Positions 63,749-64,000 of a stretch of DNA of 64,000 bases are shown here, piece by piece. Numbering within the stretch: the first letter of the stretch is position 1; the number at the start of each line of letters is the position of its first letter. Under the pieces are notes generated by a model. It was not told the DNA's origin. It worked only from the letters and a program-made list of their open reading frames with translations, and ran no database searches. Position numbers and translations under genes: made by a program. Source of the stretch: Polyangiales bacterium. GTDB taxonomy: Bacteria; Myxococcota_A; Polyangia; Polyangiales; Ga0077539. The stretch is taken from the NCBI GenBank assembly GCA_044229975.1, contig JBGARZ010000015.1, positions 32,001 through 96,000 of the forward strand, read 5' to 3'.

Positions 63749-64000
63749 CTATCCGCAGCGCATGTTCCGCAGGACCCACGCCTCGGGGACTCCCGCGAAC
63801 TCGGGGAGTTCACGTCGCTGCGCCAACCACTTCGCGAGGAAGGTGCTCTTCACCGCGGGCGTCCAGGTGCTTGGGTGGTGCGCCTTCCGTAGGAGCGTCT
63901 GAAAAGTACGAAACTGAACGTCGCGAAGTATGGGCAGGTCGCCGCCGTTGAGATGGAGCGTCTCGAGGTCGGCCTTGAGGGTTGGGTTGTCGGTCTCGAG
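63749..64000 (-). CDS. 3' end of a lower-GC gene, possibly a TIGR02646/PtuB-like HNH nuclease
   Basis: Open frame from the window edge: ...DLETLHLNGGDLPILR...LPEFAGVPEAWVLRNMRCG*. Confidence 0.3.
   Translation of the reverse strand, partial: LETDNPTLKADLETLHLNGGDLPILRDVQFRTFQTLLRKAHHPSTWTPAVKSTFLAKWLAQRRELPEFAGVPEAWVLRNMRCG

Noticed and set aside
63744..63756. CGCCTATCCGC as a fourth ori-like end
   Set aside because: Only a short match with none of the rest of the unit; it coincides with convergent stop codons.

Overview
High-GC window from what appears to be a myxobacterium-like (Myxococcota) chromosome, judged from MYXO-CTERM-type tails, Cys-rich lipoproteins and Ser/Thr kinases. Most of 21.8-63.7 kb is ordinary gene content: feoAB, GT2 plus flippase, a teneurin-like YD/Rhs toxin with two immunity-like genes, LysR/FAD oxidase/PhlG, 5'-nucleotidase, kinases and patatin. 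The unusual part is 3.6-17.2 kb. An intact IS91/ISCR-like HUH transposase is followed by three same-orientation copies of a 180-bp non-coding unit (5693-5872, 9109-9288, 16003-17202; the last is split by an IS1595-family element). These copies separate kilobase blocks of unrelated DNA, and genes are cut exactly at the unit boundaries. The unit ends in an oriIS-like ...CCTAT|CCAC, and its joined ends would form a hairpin with the putative nick site in the loop. A second half-transposase is bracketed by 54-bp inverted ori-like ends. The whole island lies between two diverged copies of one locus. My best reading (inference) is a rolling-circle, Helitron-like gene-capture array; repeat-mediated rearrangement or misassembly are the alternatives. 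The window also contains a class C group II intron inserted in a ~313-bp foldback element, a second foldback element and a MITE.
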